Positions 46,177 through 59,192 are shown, counted from the stretch's first letter. The stretch: DNA of 64,000 nucleotides from Gonapodya sp. JEL0774 (GCA_027604505.1 JADIIX010000119.1:1-64000), one strand, 5' to 3'. Notes: generated by a model not told the origin, from the sequence alone. Numbers and translations are program-made.

Positions 46177-47957
46177 CGAGTACCGAGCAGTTTATCAAAA
46201 GGGATTCTACGACAGCAAAAAGTATTCGAGAACAAATTGCAGTCGGTCATTTGTATGTATTAGCTCTTCCTTGTTTCAGGATGTTTGGGACCTGGCTCGT
46301 CTCGGAGGCTCCGTGACACAGGTTCCAGGACCGTGACGTGCCCGGCGAAAAATCATTCTGAAAAGAGGAGCCAAAAGTCGGGCTGATGGTCGCTCGCGAG
46401 CAATTCACGCAATCGGTTTTCGGTTTTGCAACTCGAGTTCCGTTGTTCGTCCAGGGAGTAATTGCCGAGATAAAACAAGATCCGAATACTATACTGGTTG
46501 TAAATGACTGATTATATGCGCAATTCCTGTATTGGGAGGTTAGAGAGGGGGGGAAGGACGCTCGTTCCGACCTGATCCCACCCGACAACTCCCAGTTGAT
46601 TCATCGGCACAGCGGGTTTTAGCGAGGAATTTGCACACTATTTGCACCTCTGAAAACATCCTTGTGAGGAGGAACCGCTCTGCCGGTTTACATATTAATA
46701 GTGATATTTGAGAGAACTCCGTCGCTTGGCATATGTAATCACCTCACCCCCCACCGCAGTGAAATGATTGGACCTCTCTTTTCGGCTCTACCACCCCGCA
46801 TTGTGTTTCGCAACGTGGAGATGACTTGTATTGGACACTGAAACAACCCTGATACCAGTTGATTGGTGGCCCGGTCGGGGGACCGGACGACGGGGTGAAA
46901 AGGAAAGAGAAGAGAGAGAAATGGCAAGGCACAGGCATGCAAATCGCGTAGTCTTGAGAGGACGTCAGTCCCGGTAGCATGGGAGGCAGCACAAGGGGTA
47001 GGAGAAGTGGCAGTCTCAGTTGCCAGAGGGCAAGTCTCGTGGGAGTGCTCATCCAGCGTCCAGCGTTCGATCATCCATTCCGCCTCCATACCGCGGCTCG
47101 CCCCCCATTCCCAATTCCCAGATTCTACATAAGAGTCAGCGACTCACTATTATACTTTAAAAGGGAAAAGAACACGTTCTGGGCCTTAGACTGTCGTGGA
47201 ATGAGGTTATGTACTCTCGCTTTCGAAAGTGGAGGGTTAGTGTGATTGTGGTGAACAAGGAACGATATAAAGGAAGGAAGGAATGGTGACACAACTCAGT
47301 AGTTTCATCATCAAACTTTTATCTCTCAAGTATCGCACTGTACAATGTCCTTGCAATCATCTGAATCTGTCGGTCCGTCCGTGCACGCATTTGGAAACTG
47401 TGTATCGCTGGCGGAGCGCAAACGAGGTGGCGGGAACCTGTGGCCAGGATGACGGTACCTCGCCTTTTTTCAAGATAAGAATGAATCTGGAAAAACTGGG
47501 GAAGAGATATGCTCGCAGGTAGAGTGCAGAAACTAAGGCGCTCCCGCGACCCAGAGGACCGCCTTCCATGTGACTGGACACGGGGTACGTGGGTGGAGTG
47601 AGAAGAGTTTCGAGTTTCACGTTCAAGCAAGGGGAAGTGAATTGCCGACGGGAAAACTGCTGAGGCCACCGTACGGAGGGAACAGCCGGTTCTGTCCCCC
47701 GTTTTTGGAAGACGCACCAATTTGGAAATCTCGCTGAACAAACACAAAAGTAAAATCCGCGCAAGGATTCTGTCGCACGTTGCAGTTGTGTGTCGACTTC
47801 CTTCGTCAGGGTATCCGCCAATCTTCCTAATCAGGCAGATCGAGCCAAGGCCAGGGAAAGAGAACTCTGGTGTGGCAGCCATCTGCCATCAGCACACGCA
47901 CTCGGAGAAGGGGCGGACAGGAGCGGCAAAGGGAGACGCATCCACACGCCTACACAG

Positions 47958-50900
47958 ATGCCGGCGGCCAGACGTTTGTCTGCGCGCTGGCTCGTTTTGT
48001 GCTGTGTCTGGCCTCTGATTCTGGCGGCGCCTGTAGCGGGAGGCGACCTCCGCCAGCACTCCTCCCGTCTGAGAGCGAGACAGACCCGCTCCTGCGATTC
48101 CATCTTCTTGGCGTATCGGTCAGTGATGTTCTTTGCCACTGCTTTTCTACGCATTTTTTTCAACTTTTTTTTTGTGTGTGATTCCGGATTGCACCTGTTC
48201 CACTTTGGTGCAGCTCCGGTGCCGTCATGACCGCCCAAGACCGCGCAGACTGGACGGCCTGGTAAGCGTCACCCTTGCCTATTGGGCGTTGCCTCTTCCA
48301 AAAAGCGTGCATATCTCACTCAACACTCTTGCTCTTCACGCGTTTGGTATTTACAGGGCTTGCAATACATGTAAGCACCAATCCTAATCATGGCTTGCAC
48401 AATGCACAAGATGTAGCATTGATTCGTTTCCTCTCCACCTCTAACTCCACTGACCACCAGGGTTTCCAACCGGCATCGGACAAGTCCCTCCTCCTCCTCC
48501 TCCTCCTCCTCCACCGCCTGCTTTTCCTCCACCGGCCGTGCGATCATGCGACTCGATTTACGCGAGTTACGTCGCTGGTACATTGCTGCCTTTTTCCTTG
48601 TGTTTTAATGTACGTCACATTGCAAACGTCACTGTCACCTTCTGCTTTGTAGGGATCGCATTGTCGGTCAACGATTACGCGGATTGGACGGCGTGGTGAG
48701 TTCCAAAAATACTCTTGTTAGTTGTTTTGCAATTAGGGTGATCCTGACTGCATGTCCTTCAGGGCATGCAAAACATGTGCGTGTTGTGGACGGAGATCCT
48801 TTTGCAGCCTGGATGGTCCCCCGGATCAACCACTGACCCACATCCCACATTTCACAATTCGCTTGAACTCTTCATGATACGTCGCACATTCCACATTCAC
48901 AATTCGCATCAACTCAGGGTTCCCAAGCGGGATCGGATCTCCTCCAGGTCCTCCCGCGTCTCCTTCCACCACTTTGCCTGCAGTCTCAACAACCACAGCC
49001 CCTCCTGTTCCTCCCCCGACCTCCCCACGCCCGGCCACAACCACACCCTCCCCACCACCACCATCCGTCGTGCGAACATGCGATACCATCCACGCCGCGT
49101 ACGTAACTGGAGGCGCGGCGGCGATGAAGGCGGGAGATTATGCGGACTGGACAGCATGGTGCGTAGGGAACCACTCAGGTGTTTGAGCCCACAGCGCGGC
49201 GGCTTATACTCCACCTTGTTGTTTGCCACACCAGGTCGTGCAACACATGTGCGTGGTTTTGTTTATTCACTGTTGTGTTTCGAAATCGCACCACGGACCG
49301 GAGCCACTCACTGAAACACATCCCATATCCCACCTTCACAACTTACCTGAAATCGTGATACGTCCTACTTCCAGGGTTCCCATCCGGCATTGGAGCCCCC
49401 CCAACTACGTCCACATCCCTGCCTGCTCCTGCTCCGGCCACCACCACGACCCGCACCGCCACAACCACACCGCCTCCGCCTCCTTCTCCTTCCACGACCA
49501 CTGCACGCGCACCCACGACTACGACGGTAGCGGTGGTGCGAACATGCGACACCATCTACGCCGCGTACGTAGCAGGAGGCGCGGCGGCGATGTCGGCCGG
49601 AGATTATGCGGACTGGGCGGCGTGGTGAGTTTTGTGTGTTTGGAGAGGCAGGCCAACTGTCTTCGAATGAGGATGGGGGTAGAGGTGTGGTCGGAGACTG
49701 ACCAAACCCGCTTTTTTGCGGATGTAAATCGTAGGTCATGCAACACATGTACGTCGTTCGAACCTCGTGTCGCATTAATCCCTCTCTCATTCTCTCTTAT
49801 CACTGGGCCGTGTGGGTTGCAATCGGCATACTAAGGGTTCCCCTCCGGAATCGGCTCCCCACCACGCACAACAACAACAGTCGCCATTGTCAGGACGTGC
49901 GACAGTATATACGCGAGCTACATTGCGGGTAGGCAGTTGACGGCGGCGGACTATGCCGATTGGGGAAGTTGGTGAGTGGTGCGAAACATTGTCCTCGCCG
50001 CAGTCCGCAGTCGTTTTCATACACGCTTGACATTCCTCCTTTCACAACACAGGAAGTGCAGCACTTGTGCGTATGCGTCCGGCGAGCACGCGTATCTCAC
50101 GCACGATGGGCTATGATATTCATCTCGTCTTGTTGAGCTAGGGTTTCCTCAAGGAATCGGCACCCCACCACCGACTACAACGATTCTCGCGTCCCTTCCA
50201 CCTCCTCCTACCACGATCACGTGAGTCTCACAGAGCGCGCATGCATCGGCGCCCATTTTAAACTCATAATACTTGCATTTTTGCAATGCAAACCGCCAGC
50301 AGCGCCGCGGTGCCGTCCACATCCACAACGCCTGCCCAACTCCAAGGTAAAACGTCCACGACAACAGGCCCTCCTGCAACCACCACCGGCACCACATCCC
50401 AAAGCAAAACGGACACGGCCACGACCTCTACTCTCGCCGCCACCACTATCAGAACGACCTCGCAGACGGAAACGCAGCGAACGAGTGCAAGCACCCGCTC
50501 AACGTCCACGCTGACCATGTCTTTTACCACCAGCCAGGCTGCCACCACGTCTCAAACCACAAGCAAAACCGCTACTGTCAGCACCACTTCCTCCACCTTG
50601 ACAACGTCCCCCACTACCAGCCAAACACGCACGAGCACCAGCTCTTCATCCACGCTGACGACCTCCCTGACCACCAAAACGACTTCCTCGACGCCAACTA
50701 CTTCCCGGACCACCAGTCGGACAGCCACCACCCCCTCCTCTTCCACAACAACCCGAACAACAACCCAAACCTCCTCAACCGCTTCAACAACCACCACCTC
50801 GCCACTCCCGACCTACTACTCCACGTCGCCCGGTATCGTCGGATACTATCCCAACTGGGCGCTCTACTCTCGCTCGGGTGTGCGCGCCATGAGTTTCTCT

Positions 50901-52195
50901 GGTCTCAACTTCGTCCTGTACGCGTTCTGGCAGCCCAACGCCGACGGGACAATCTCGTCGCTCGACACGTGGGCCGACCTGCAGACCGGCGGCAACGGGA
51001 TGATGCTTCAACTCAACACGGAGGTGAAGCCCCAATACCCCGGGATGAAGACCCTCCTTGCTGTTGGGGGGTACACGCTGTCAAGCAGATTCGCGGCAAT
51101 CGCGGCCTCTAAAAGTTTGAGGGACGCATTTGCGGAGTCGTGTTTGAGTGCGGTCAAGACGTACGGGTTTGACGGGATTGATATCGATTGGGAATGTGAG
51201 TGTGTTTGTGCGTGATAGGATGTTGGCGGGACACAGTTCACCACCTTCTGCTCTGCTCATCCGCACACGGCCAGTCCCCGCATCCGCAACCGAGGCGAGC
51301 AACTTTGCACTCTTAGTTGCCGCACTGCGCTCTCGTCTCGGTACAAAGTACTACATCAGTCTCGCCATGAGCGTCAACCTCTCATTCTATGGAGCGTCCC
51401 TGTTGGACATCACCAAGTGGGCTGACTTTGTGAACCTCATGACGTACGATTTCGGCGGACCCTGGGACACGTACACATCTCTCAACGCGCCGCTGTATCA
51501 CGACACAGCTACCGACCCGAATGGGGATCGAGGCAACGTCGCAGGAGTGGTGAACGCGTATAAGAGTGCTGGAGTTGCAGCGTCCAAGATGACGGTTGGC
51601 GTTGCGCTTTATGGGCATTCGGTACGAGTAAATTGCGGTGTGCGTGGGTTTGTTTTTCAGTGACTGACTTGGTTGCTTTGCGTTCTCTTTTTTACAGTGG
51701 CGAACAAATTCGATTTCTAACGGTGGACTGTACCAAACGTGTGCCCCACAGCCAGGAGGATCTCTCTCGGCGTGCATTTCCCCGCAGGGAGACTTCCTTG
51801 ACACCGTGGCCCGTACGTAGATGAGGCTGTAGGGTCAAGAATCCAAAACTCACCGTTTTCTTTTCACCACTTTGCCGTTAGCTTACACGGGAGCGTGGAC
51901 GTATCTCGGAATGCGAGGTGGCGGACTTCTAGACGGCCCAGACGTGGCAGGCGCAGGGTGGAACAGGACGTATAGAACCACCACCCGTGTTCCCACCTTG
52001 ATCTCATCCGCACCTGCAAATTCCACGTCGGGAAATTATACTTTTATTTCCTATGACGACCCAATTTCAGCTGGTGAAAAGGCGGCCTTTGCAAAGGGCG
52101 CAGGACTTGGTGGAGTGATGATGTGGGAGGTGACTGTGGACTACTCGTGGGAAATGGTTACAGCCATCGTCAAGGGCTTTGGCTTGTCTCTGTGA
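47958..52195 (+). CDS. Secreted GH18 chitinase with five N-terminal Cys/Trp modules and a Thr-rich linker, multi-exon
   Basis: Signal peptide MPAARRLSARWLVLCCVWPLILA; IVGYYPNW; KTLLAVGG; intact FDGIDIDWE|FP (DxxDxDxE); FVNLMTYDF; ISYDDP; GLGGVMMWE. Confidence 0.92.
48087..50161 (+). repeat. Five tandem ~35-40 aa modules, each with a 14-nt micro-exon
   Basis: Consensus R[ST]CD[ST]IxxxY...DxADWxxW|xCxT|WFPxGIG; micro-exons at 48357-48370, 48763-48776, 49235-49248, 49735-49748 and 50053-50066, each flanked by AG and GT. Confidence 0.88.
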
Positions 52196-52408
52196 TGCTG
52201 GACATTACAAATAGCTAGAAGAAAAGTTTTGGAATCTTTATCGAAGAAACTATTTATTCTGAACTTGGAGTAGGCACAAAAAGACCTGATAAGGTTGCTC
52301 GCTCGATTGAATGCTCTCGTGGATACGGGAATAATACATCTGTATTCGGTTGATCGAATAATCTAGGTTACACTGTGCTCACACAGGAACAAAACACACT
52401 TGTACTGA

Positions 52409-53545
52409 CTACTCCAAATAATTGAGTCCGTTATCGGGCAAATTCCGTGCGTCCAAAATGTCGACATGTAATTCATTCTCCGACACGATCGCTGCTCGAG
52501 CCACAGCGGGATCGCCCCTCCATGTTGCGTCGACGCGGAATCCGTACTGTGGGGTTGTGGTGTGCCAGTCGCGCCGTGCGCCACCTCGCAGGTCACGAAG
52601 GCTCTTATTCCCCAGACCCAAGTTGGCCGCCAGGTCTTGTGCGAGGAGTCTTAAGGCCAGTTTTGTTCCCGAAAAGCGGATGGATGCGCCGTAGAATTTG
52701 GAGGAGGTGTCGGAATCTCGCTTAAAGAAGAATGCGGTGTAGCACCATTCTGAATCGATGCCTTCCCGCCGACGAGCATCTGCGATGAACGATGAGAAGG
52801 CAGGAGAAAGTAAAGATTGAAATGCATCCGCTCGAAGCCTAGTAAAAGAGCAGTGACAGGAGTTTTTTCGGGTTTGGTCAGAGTTCAGCAATCTCCTCAC
52901 CACCAATACGTGCTTCGAAAGTTTTTCACTTCTGGAGCGGCAGGAAGTCGTTCACCAAAGTCTTGGCTGCCATTCGCATTTGGGTAGAGTTGTTGTACGA
53001 TTCGCGTTGGCGACATTCCAAGGCACAGGGACGGAAACAAATCATTGACTTCCACGATCCTGTTCACGTCCTTGTGTGCTGTTTCCAGGTGGCCATCCAG
53101 CCCTTCTCGTGTACCGATCCACCTGCAATCCGGGGAATGTATACATCGCACCCTTAGCGATGCCAGGATGGATTTTACGAGAATGGCACTGTCACGAAGC
53201 TGGGATTCGCTCAGGGAAGCGCGCGAATGTGGACAAGTTGCATTTCGTTGGAGCCCTAAGCAAGTCATTAATACGATGTCTTGGGTACGATAAATTGCAG
53301 CGCCTGTGACACCTACAGAGGCGAATACACTGTCTGCAAAACGTGTGCGGCTGGGCGCATCCATCATCGACGGGATCGACGACTGGACGGAAGTGGGGGA
53401 AAGAAGGAGTATATTCAGAAATCGAAGAACTGCAGCGAGCTTCCCCCGTTTTTCACGTACTAGGGCACTGGCACACGATGCACACAAGATGCGGCGATGG
53501 TGGGTCGATGTACTCGAGCTCTTGCGAGGTGTAACTGATGTCCAT
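52409..53545 (-). CDS. RING-finger (TRAF/Sina-like) E3 ubiquitin ligase candidate, multi-exon
   Basis: Spliced EYIDPPSPHLVCIVCQCP|IVDPVDDGCAQPHTFCRQCIRL|WLQRNATCPHSR..SLRVRCIHSPDCRWIGTREGLDGHLETAH. Confidence 0.75.
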
Positions 53546-53757
53546 TATGTTACAGCAATATACTGTCGGACTAATCCTGCAACCTCATCGAATAAAGCAC
53601 TGCACTTTCCCAAAACGCCAGCAACACTTTCACAAAACGATCTATGTCTTTTATATATGGTAGACTGACAGTACGTATATCGTAGCTATTATGAAGTGCA
53701 CAATTCTTGAATGCAGCTTGTCCTTGCACAGTCACACAAAGGAGGATCTACTGCAAT

Positions 53758-55003
53758 CTAATCAAATGTCCTACTGACCAAATCTGCTTCCTCATCATCC
53801 TCTGGAACGCTTGCGATCCGCTGCAGATCTTCAAGTACATGTCTGTTCGCCCCTCGAGCCAACAAGTGCTCCACCACTTCTTCGTGCCAACGGCCGCGTG
53901 CATTGACGAGCGCTTCGTCGTCACATGCATGAATATTGGCACCACGGTCCAACAAAAGTCGCACTGCGTCCAAGCTTCCACCCAGGGCTGACACGCGAAG
54001 TGCCTCATCTTCTCCTGCGTGAATGTCCGCGCCCCGGTCGAAGAGGAGCTCGAGAACTCCAACGTGGCGACGCTGGGCGGCAATGACGAGCGGCTCTGCA
54101 TTTGTGATGTCGCCTGCTCCACGATCCAGCAGGAGCTGTGTCAAAGTGACGTTCCCTGTGACAGCGGCACTTGCAAGGACGGAACGAGCATGAAGGTTGG
54201 CTCCCCGGTTGATGAGACACTCAGCTACCTCACTCCGACCAAAACAGACGGCATTAAAGAGTACTACATCATTGTCGAGGTGAATGTCAGCTCCATTGTC
54301 CAAAAGCAGCTCCACAACCGCCACATGTCCGCACCTGGCTGCTCCTACTGTGGCCCTAAGGCCATTCTCATTGTTCAGATCAACGTCAGTCCCAGAGTCC
54401 AAGAGAAACTTCACCATTTCGAGGCGACCCAGCCGTGCTGCTTCATAGAGAAGCTGCTCCGGGGAGACGTGACCGTTCCTACCCAGGTCCAGAAACAGTC
54501 GAACAACTTCAATCCTTCCATCCTGTGCCGAAAACCGGAGTGCTTTGGCTTCCTCAAATTCGTCTAGCCCACCGTTGTCTAAGAGAAGCTCGACCACCTT
54601 CATATGGCCCGCTACAGCGGGCCAAATGGAGGGCGTTTGACCCCCGAGGGCTCACCCCTGCTCGTAATAGCACCTGAAGTACAGCCAGACGTCCATCCCG
54701 TGCCAATCGAGAAATAAGTTTGACGAGCTTTGCCTCGGACTGAACGGATGATTTCTTCAGCAGGTACGTGACAACATCTGCTCTGTATTCCTCGCTCCTT
54801 CCAGCCTCGGCGATGAGCGCTGACATCCCCGAAGGGTAGCGCCGAAGAGCTCTCTCGGCTATTCCTTCAGGGAGAGAGAAGACCGCGTAGAGCATTCGGT
54901 TGAGGGTAGGGAGGCCCAAGCGGTGGGGGAGGAAGTGACCCATTGCCTGGAGGACTTCAGTAGGAAAACTTTGCAGCTGGAACGTGGAAACGCGATCCGA
55001 CAT
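53758..55003 (-). pseudogene. Intronless F-box-like plus ankyrin-repeat gene with a +1 frameshift at about 54620
   Basis: N-terminal LQSFPTEVLQAMGHFL (F-box-like); many ankyrin repeats (GHVAVVELLLDNGADIH, GADIHAGEDEALR). Removing one base at 54619-54621 fuses the two ORFs into ALHLAAVAGHMKVVELLL. Confidence 0.75.
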
Positions 55004-55392
55004 CTATCAAGGTGGGGCTACACAATTTTCAGGCCAACGAAGAATGCAGCGGGGATCCCACGTTCAGTGTGCTGGACCTCTCACACAAGTGAGTTTGAGG
55101 TGATGGCAGTTGAGGGTCACTTTCAATGAAAAGTTCATGGCGACTTCTTAAAGTGGAGGCACTCCTGGGTTGAGTTAGCCGACATTGAGCATTGCGGGCT
55201 GGAATCCGTCACTGTGGGGGGCGCGCATGTGCAGGTTTGTGTGCCCTTGTGAGTGCGAGTGCGACGGAACAGATCACGTTGATCACAGGACAGACACCGT
55301 CTTCGTGGGCATCAGGGTGCTTGATTTCTCATTGTCTCTCTCCGATGGTCATTTTCGCATGCGCACTTCAAGTGGCTGCCCCCGCAACACAG

Positions 55393-56078
55393 CCCGAACC
55401 TCGATCGCAACGCGCTCCAACCCCTCCGACACCTACCCTCTCTGCGGAGACTCAATGTCGTCGGCGCCACCCTCGGTCAAACGGCGAAATATCGAGAGTT
55501 TTTGCTCGAACTCAACCCGCATCTCGAGGTCGTGGACGCGTTTACCCGGACAGGTGGGGTCGTTGAAGACTCGGCATCAGAAGACGACAAAGTCTTCGAT
55601 GACCCGGACGACGCGGACAGTGATTCCAGTGATGATGACGACAGCGCAGGGAATAACATGCGCCATCAAAACCCTCCGCGGTTCTCCCAAACCATCGTGG
55701 GTCGCAGGGCGCTGACACCTGGTTCACTGGGATTCAGGGAGGGGCAAAAGCGGCGACCAGCCCCTGAACCCGAAGACGAACCTCTCGGACGGAGGACCAT
55801 GTGGTCTGGTGGGAGGGACATGTGGTCTGGTAGGAGGGTCGCAGGACAGGCAAGGGATAAACAGCAAGAGACAGACAAGGCGGGCGGATCCCGAGAGGTC
55901 CATCGAAGCGACTCATTGGAGGAAGAGTTTGGTGAGTCAGGGGTGTTATATTCGCATGACTGGTATCGCCTCATCCTATTACATAACACCCGCTCCCCCA
56001 CTGCCACAATTCCATGTACTTCGCTCCCAAAACTCAAGCGACGGAACTTGATTCTATGTTGTCGCAGATGCTGGATAA
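55393..56078 (+). CDS. ANP32-like fragment (LRR, LRR cap, acidic tract, NLS-like motif); N-terminus not found
   Basis: ALQPLRHLPSLRRLNVVGATLGQTAKYREFLLELNPHLEVVDAFTRTG, then a D/S acidic tract and REGQKRRPAPEPEDE, resembling the ANP32 C-terminal half. Confidence 0.55.
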
Positions 56079-57065
56079 GGAAGAAGGGCCTCAGAGGCGG
56101 ACACGTGAGTGCTGATTGGGGGGTGGTGCTGGCAATTGTTGTGGGTGGAAGTCGTTGACTTGTCTCAAGATCCAATATTGCATCAAACAAGTAATTTTTG
56201 ACCTCCCTCATGCGTCATCCCTGGCAGCAATGGGCAGTCTGCGTTTTCTAACTTCCTCCCCGTTTCCTCCTCCGGTCTCAAATCCACTCTCCAAATCTTC
56301 TGCCGCATCCCGCATAACCATAGCCTCAGCTCTCCTAGACTCTTCTCCCTCATCGTCCGACACAACCACCCCCGAAACAACCACCCCCGAACTGAATCCA
56401 CTTGATGACGCAGCCACCACTGGCCCAGGCCCCCTTGCCCCTGGCCCATCCTACCCGTTCCTCCCGGAACCTTCCCTTCATTTTCTGGCCACAGCACCTG
56501 CCCCAGTCGATCGCCCCACTCCCGTCATGCCCCATTCAAGGGACGAAGAGGAGACGGGAGTCTGAAGATAAAGAGGAGGGCAGTGGTGAGGAGGAGGGAC
56601 GGGAGGTAGGGGAGACTGCCGAAGACCAGGAAGGCATGGGAGGTGAGTGGTGGTATGTGATCTTTCAATGTTAATTCGACTGATCTGATCTTTTGTCGCT
56701 TTGTAATTAACGCATATTCCACGCAATCCCTCTGGTGCTCCATCCTCCCTGCCACAACACAACTTGACACGAAATTTCTCAACCCACTCAACATTGGTTC
56801 AACATTTGAAGGTGGCGGCGACAGCGACAATGGCGACGGGCGGACTTTGAAAAAGCAACGGAAGGAAGGGTTTTAGTACACAGTACTTCTATTAAAGAGC
56901 GAAGCAATTACAAATCGATTTTACTTTACGTGTTCAATATTCAATGCCGTTTGAGTAATGGTGAGTTGGTGAGATGTGACGCACTACGACCAAGGACTGA
57001 TGTATCTGTGCCAGAGAAGAAAACAGCAATGAAATCTCGCGCTCATATGTTATATCATTTTCTTC

Positions 57066-59192
57066 ATGGATTCCTGTGATCGTAGGTGTTTCCAATTAAT
57101 CTCCCTCCCCCTCTTCGTCTCCGCCGCTCCCATCAACCCAGCGTGGGCTGTCCAACAGCTCCAGACCTACAACCTCACCGCAGCCCTCCTCGCCCTCACC
57201 ACGGACCCCACCAGACTCTCGGATTCGTTGAGGTTTCTCTCTTGGAATATGGTGGAGGACTAGGTCGAGGCGGTGGGCGCCATGAACGTGTCCAGCAAGT
57301 GGTCGGCAGGAACAACGAGTGGGTCAAGCTGACCGCGGCGTGTAGGGGATTTAAATGTGAGGGACACGTTTCAGGTGAGTCCAGGGGTGAGCCTCTGTCC
57401 CGACCGGCGGGTGTGAGTCCGCCGGAGTCCAATGAACCTTCCCCGTCCGGAGGCCAACAACCGTCCACTCATCACAAGTCATACTCTTATGGGTCTCTAT
57501 CACCGGAACGAGGCGAACTATGCACACGTTTTACTCATCTTATTCGATCAATTTGACGTTCACTCGTCTTACCCGCCCGTCCCATCCCACCCAACCACCT
57601 ACCAGTCCCCTCTGCCTCCGACCCAACTCTCCAACGCCTCGTACGTCTCCCACACCTACCTCGACCCGGTGTGCTCCGCCCGCGACGATTGCCGCGACCC
57701 CATGAGGAGGTTTCACGGACGGGCGTACACGGTGAGTCAGTCGCGACCAGGGCGAGATTGGGATGAGGGGTATAGGGTGATGGGTTGATGAGGGGTTGAT
57801 GGGTGGTGGTTCGGGACACGAACTTCGTTTTTGACATGGCAAATCGGTCCGCCTTTGGGTTGACGGACGGTGGTTCGGGACACCACTTCACTTTCCACGT
57901 CGCAATTTGAACCGCCTTGGGTTCACCTAGGCCTGCGCCAACTAAATCGTTCTCGACAACCACGCGCTCCCCGCCCTCCCAGTCGGACTGCTCAACCAAA
58001 CGGTGGCCAACTACTCGGTGCCGGCGGGGGATGGGGATGGGAGAGTGGGCCAGTAAGTAGATTGTTGTGGGAGTTTGGGGGGGTGGGGTCTTTCGTGAGG
58101 GGGTTTTGACGCTTTGGCGTTTGGGGGGTTCCGTCGTGTTGGCGTTACCGGGGTAGTGCACGCAACACACTTGTCACCTGTCCTCACCCCATGCCACCTC
58201 CACCCCACCAGATATCTCCTCCCCGTCCTACGCCCTCAAATTTAAGGTCACCGAAGTGTACTTTGTCCTGTCGACCTCGCTCGACCTGGTGTGCGCACAG
58301 GATAACACGACAACGGCTTCTGTTTCTGTCAAAGCGGACTGTTGTCTCGTCAAAGTAGCGGCGCCAGTGGGCCCCGCGGTGGTCGAAATCGTCGAGCAGG
58401 TGATGTCCAGTACGTATCTCTCACCTACCACCTCCCTCCTCTCCTCTTGGTTTTCCCCTCCTGCTCCGCTTTGCCTCTTCTCACCCACCACCACGGTGTC
58501 CCCCTCAGACGGCCCCTGACTCCCACCTCCCCTCCCCCCCCGTCCTCGACCCGTCCTTCCTGCGCTCCAAGCATGTGACCAACTTGGTCGGCACCCCGCA
58601 TCGTGATCCAGCACAGGAACGATTCCGTGGTGGGGAGGTTGCCGGGGGTCCATGCGGTCGTGGATATGATGGAGGCTTTGAGGGGGGGGGGGGGGGGGGG
58701 GGGGGGTTACGGGTGTGTTTGTGGTTGGGTGGGTGTTGTGTTGTGTGGAGTGTTGTTTTTTGATGTGATTGTTGTGGTGTGTTGTGGGGGGGGGGGGGGG
58801 GGTGGGGGTGTGGGGGGGTGTTGGGGGGGGGGGGGGGGGGGGGGAGGGGGGTTAGGGTTGGAAGGGGCGAGGTGACTGGGGAGTGGAGGGGAATCGCTGA
58901 TCTGACGGTACTCGAGTGGTCCACCGCCCCCCCCCCCTTGCACACCCCTTGCACACCACGAACCCATGTGTAGGGTTGCAACACCACGATGACGCTCCCC
59001 GTGTCGGGGGATTCCTCAGCGGCAACGGTGAAGGTGCAGGGTCGATATCGAGGTCGAGCGTATACCCCCGAGCGATACCCGTGGCACACCGCACCACCCA
59101 TGATACCTGCACCACCTGCAAACCCTCTATGTATACCTGTTCAACTTGTGTTTCTTGTCCCTAGTATCACCATCCCCGTACATACTTTGTAA
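57066..59192 (+). pseudogene. Degenerate multi-exon coding-like region of unknown family
   Basis: C-rich exon-like blocks bounded by GTGAGT/GTAAGT donors, but with in-frame stops and frame changes; no intact model could be built. Confidence 0.3.
58681..58937. repeat. Poly-G/GT low-complexity tract
   Basis: Several long G homopolymers interspersed with GT-rich sequence. Confidence 0.85.

Noticed and set aside
56160..56860. Short minus-strand ORFs
   Set aside because: Fragmentary, interrupted by stops, no identifiable homology
58681..58937. G-quadruplex or telomere-like element
   Set aside because: Irregular homopolymers without a fixed repeat unit; more likely intronic low complexity or poor-quality sequence
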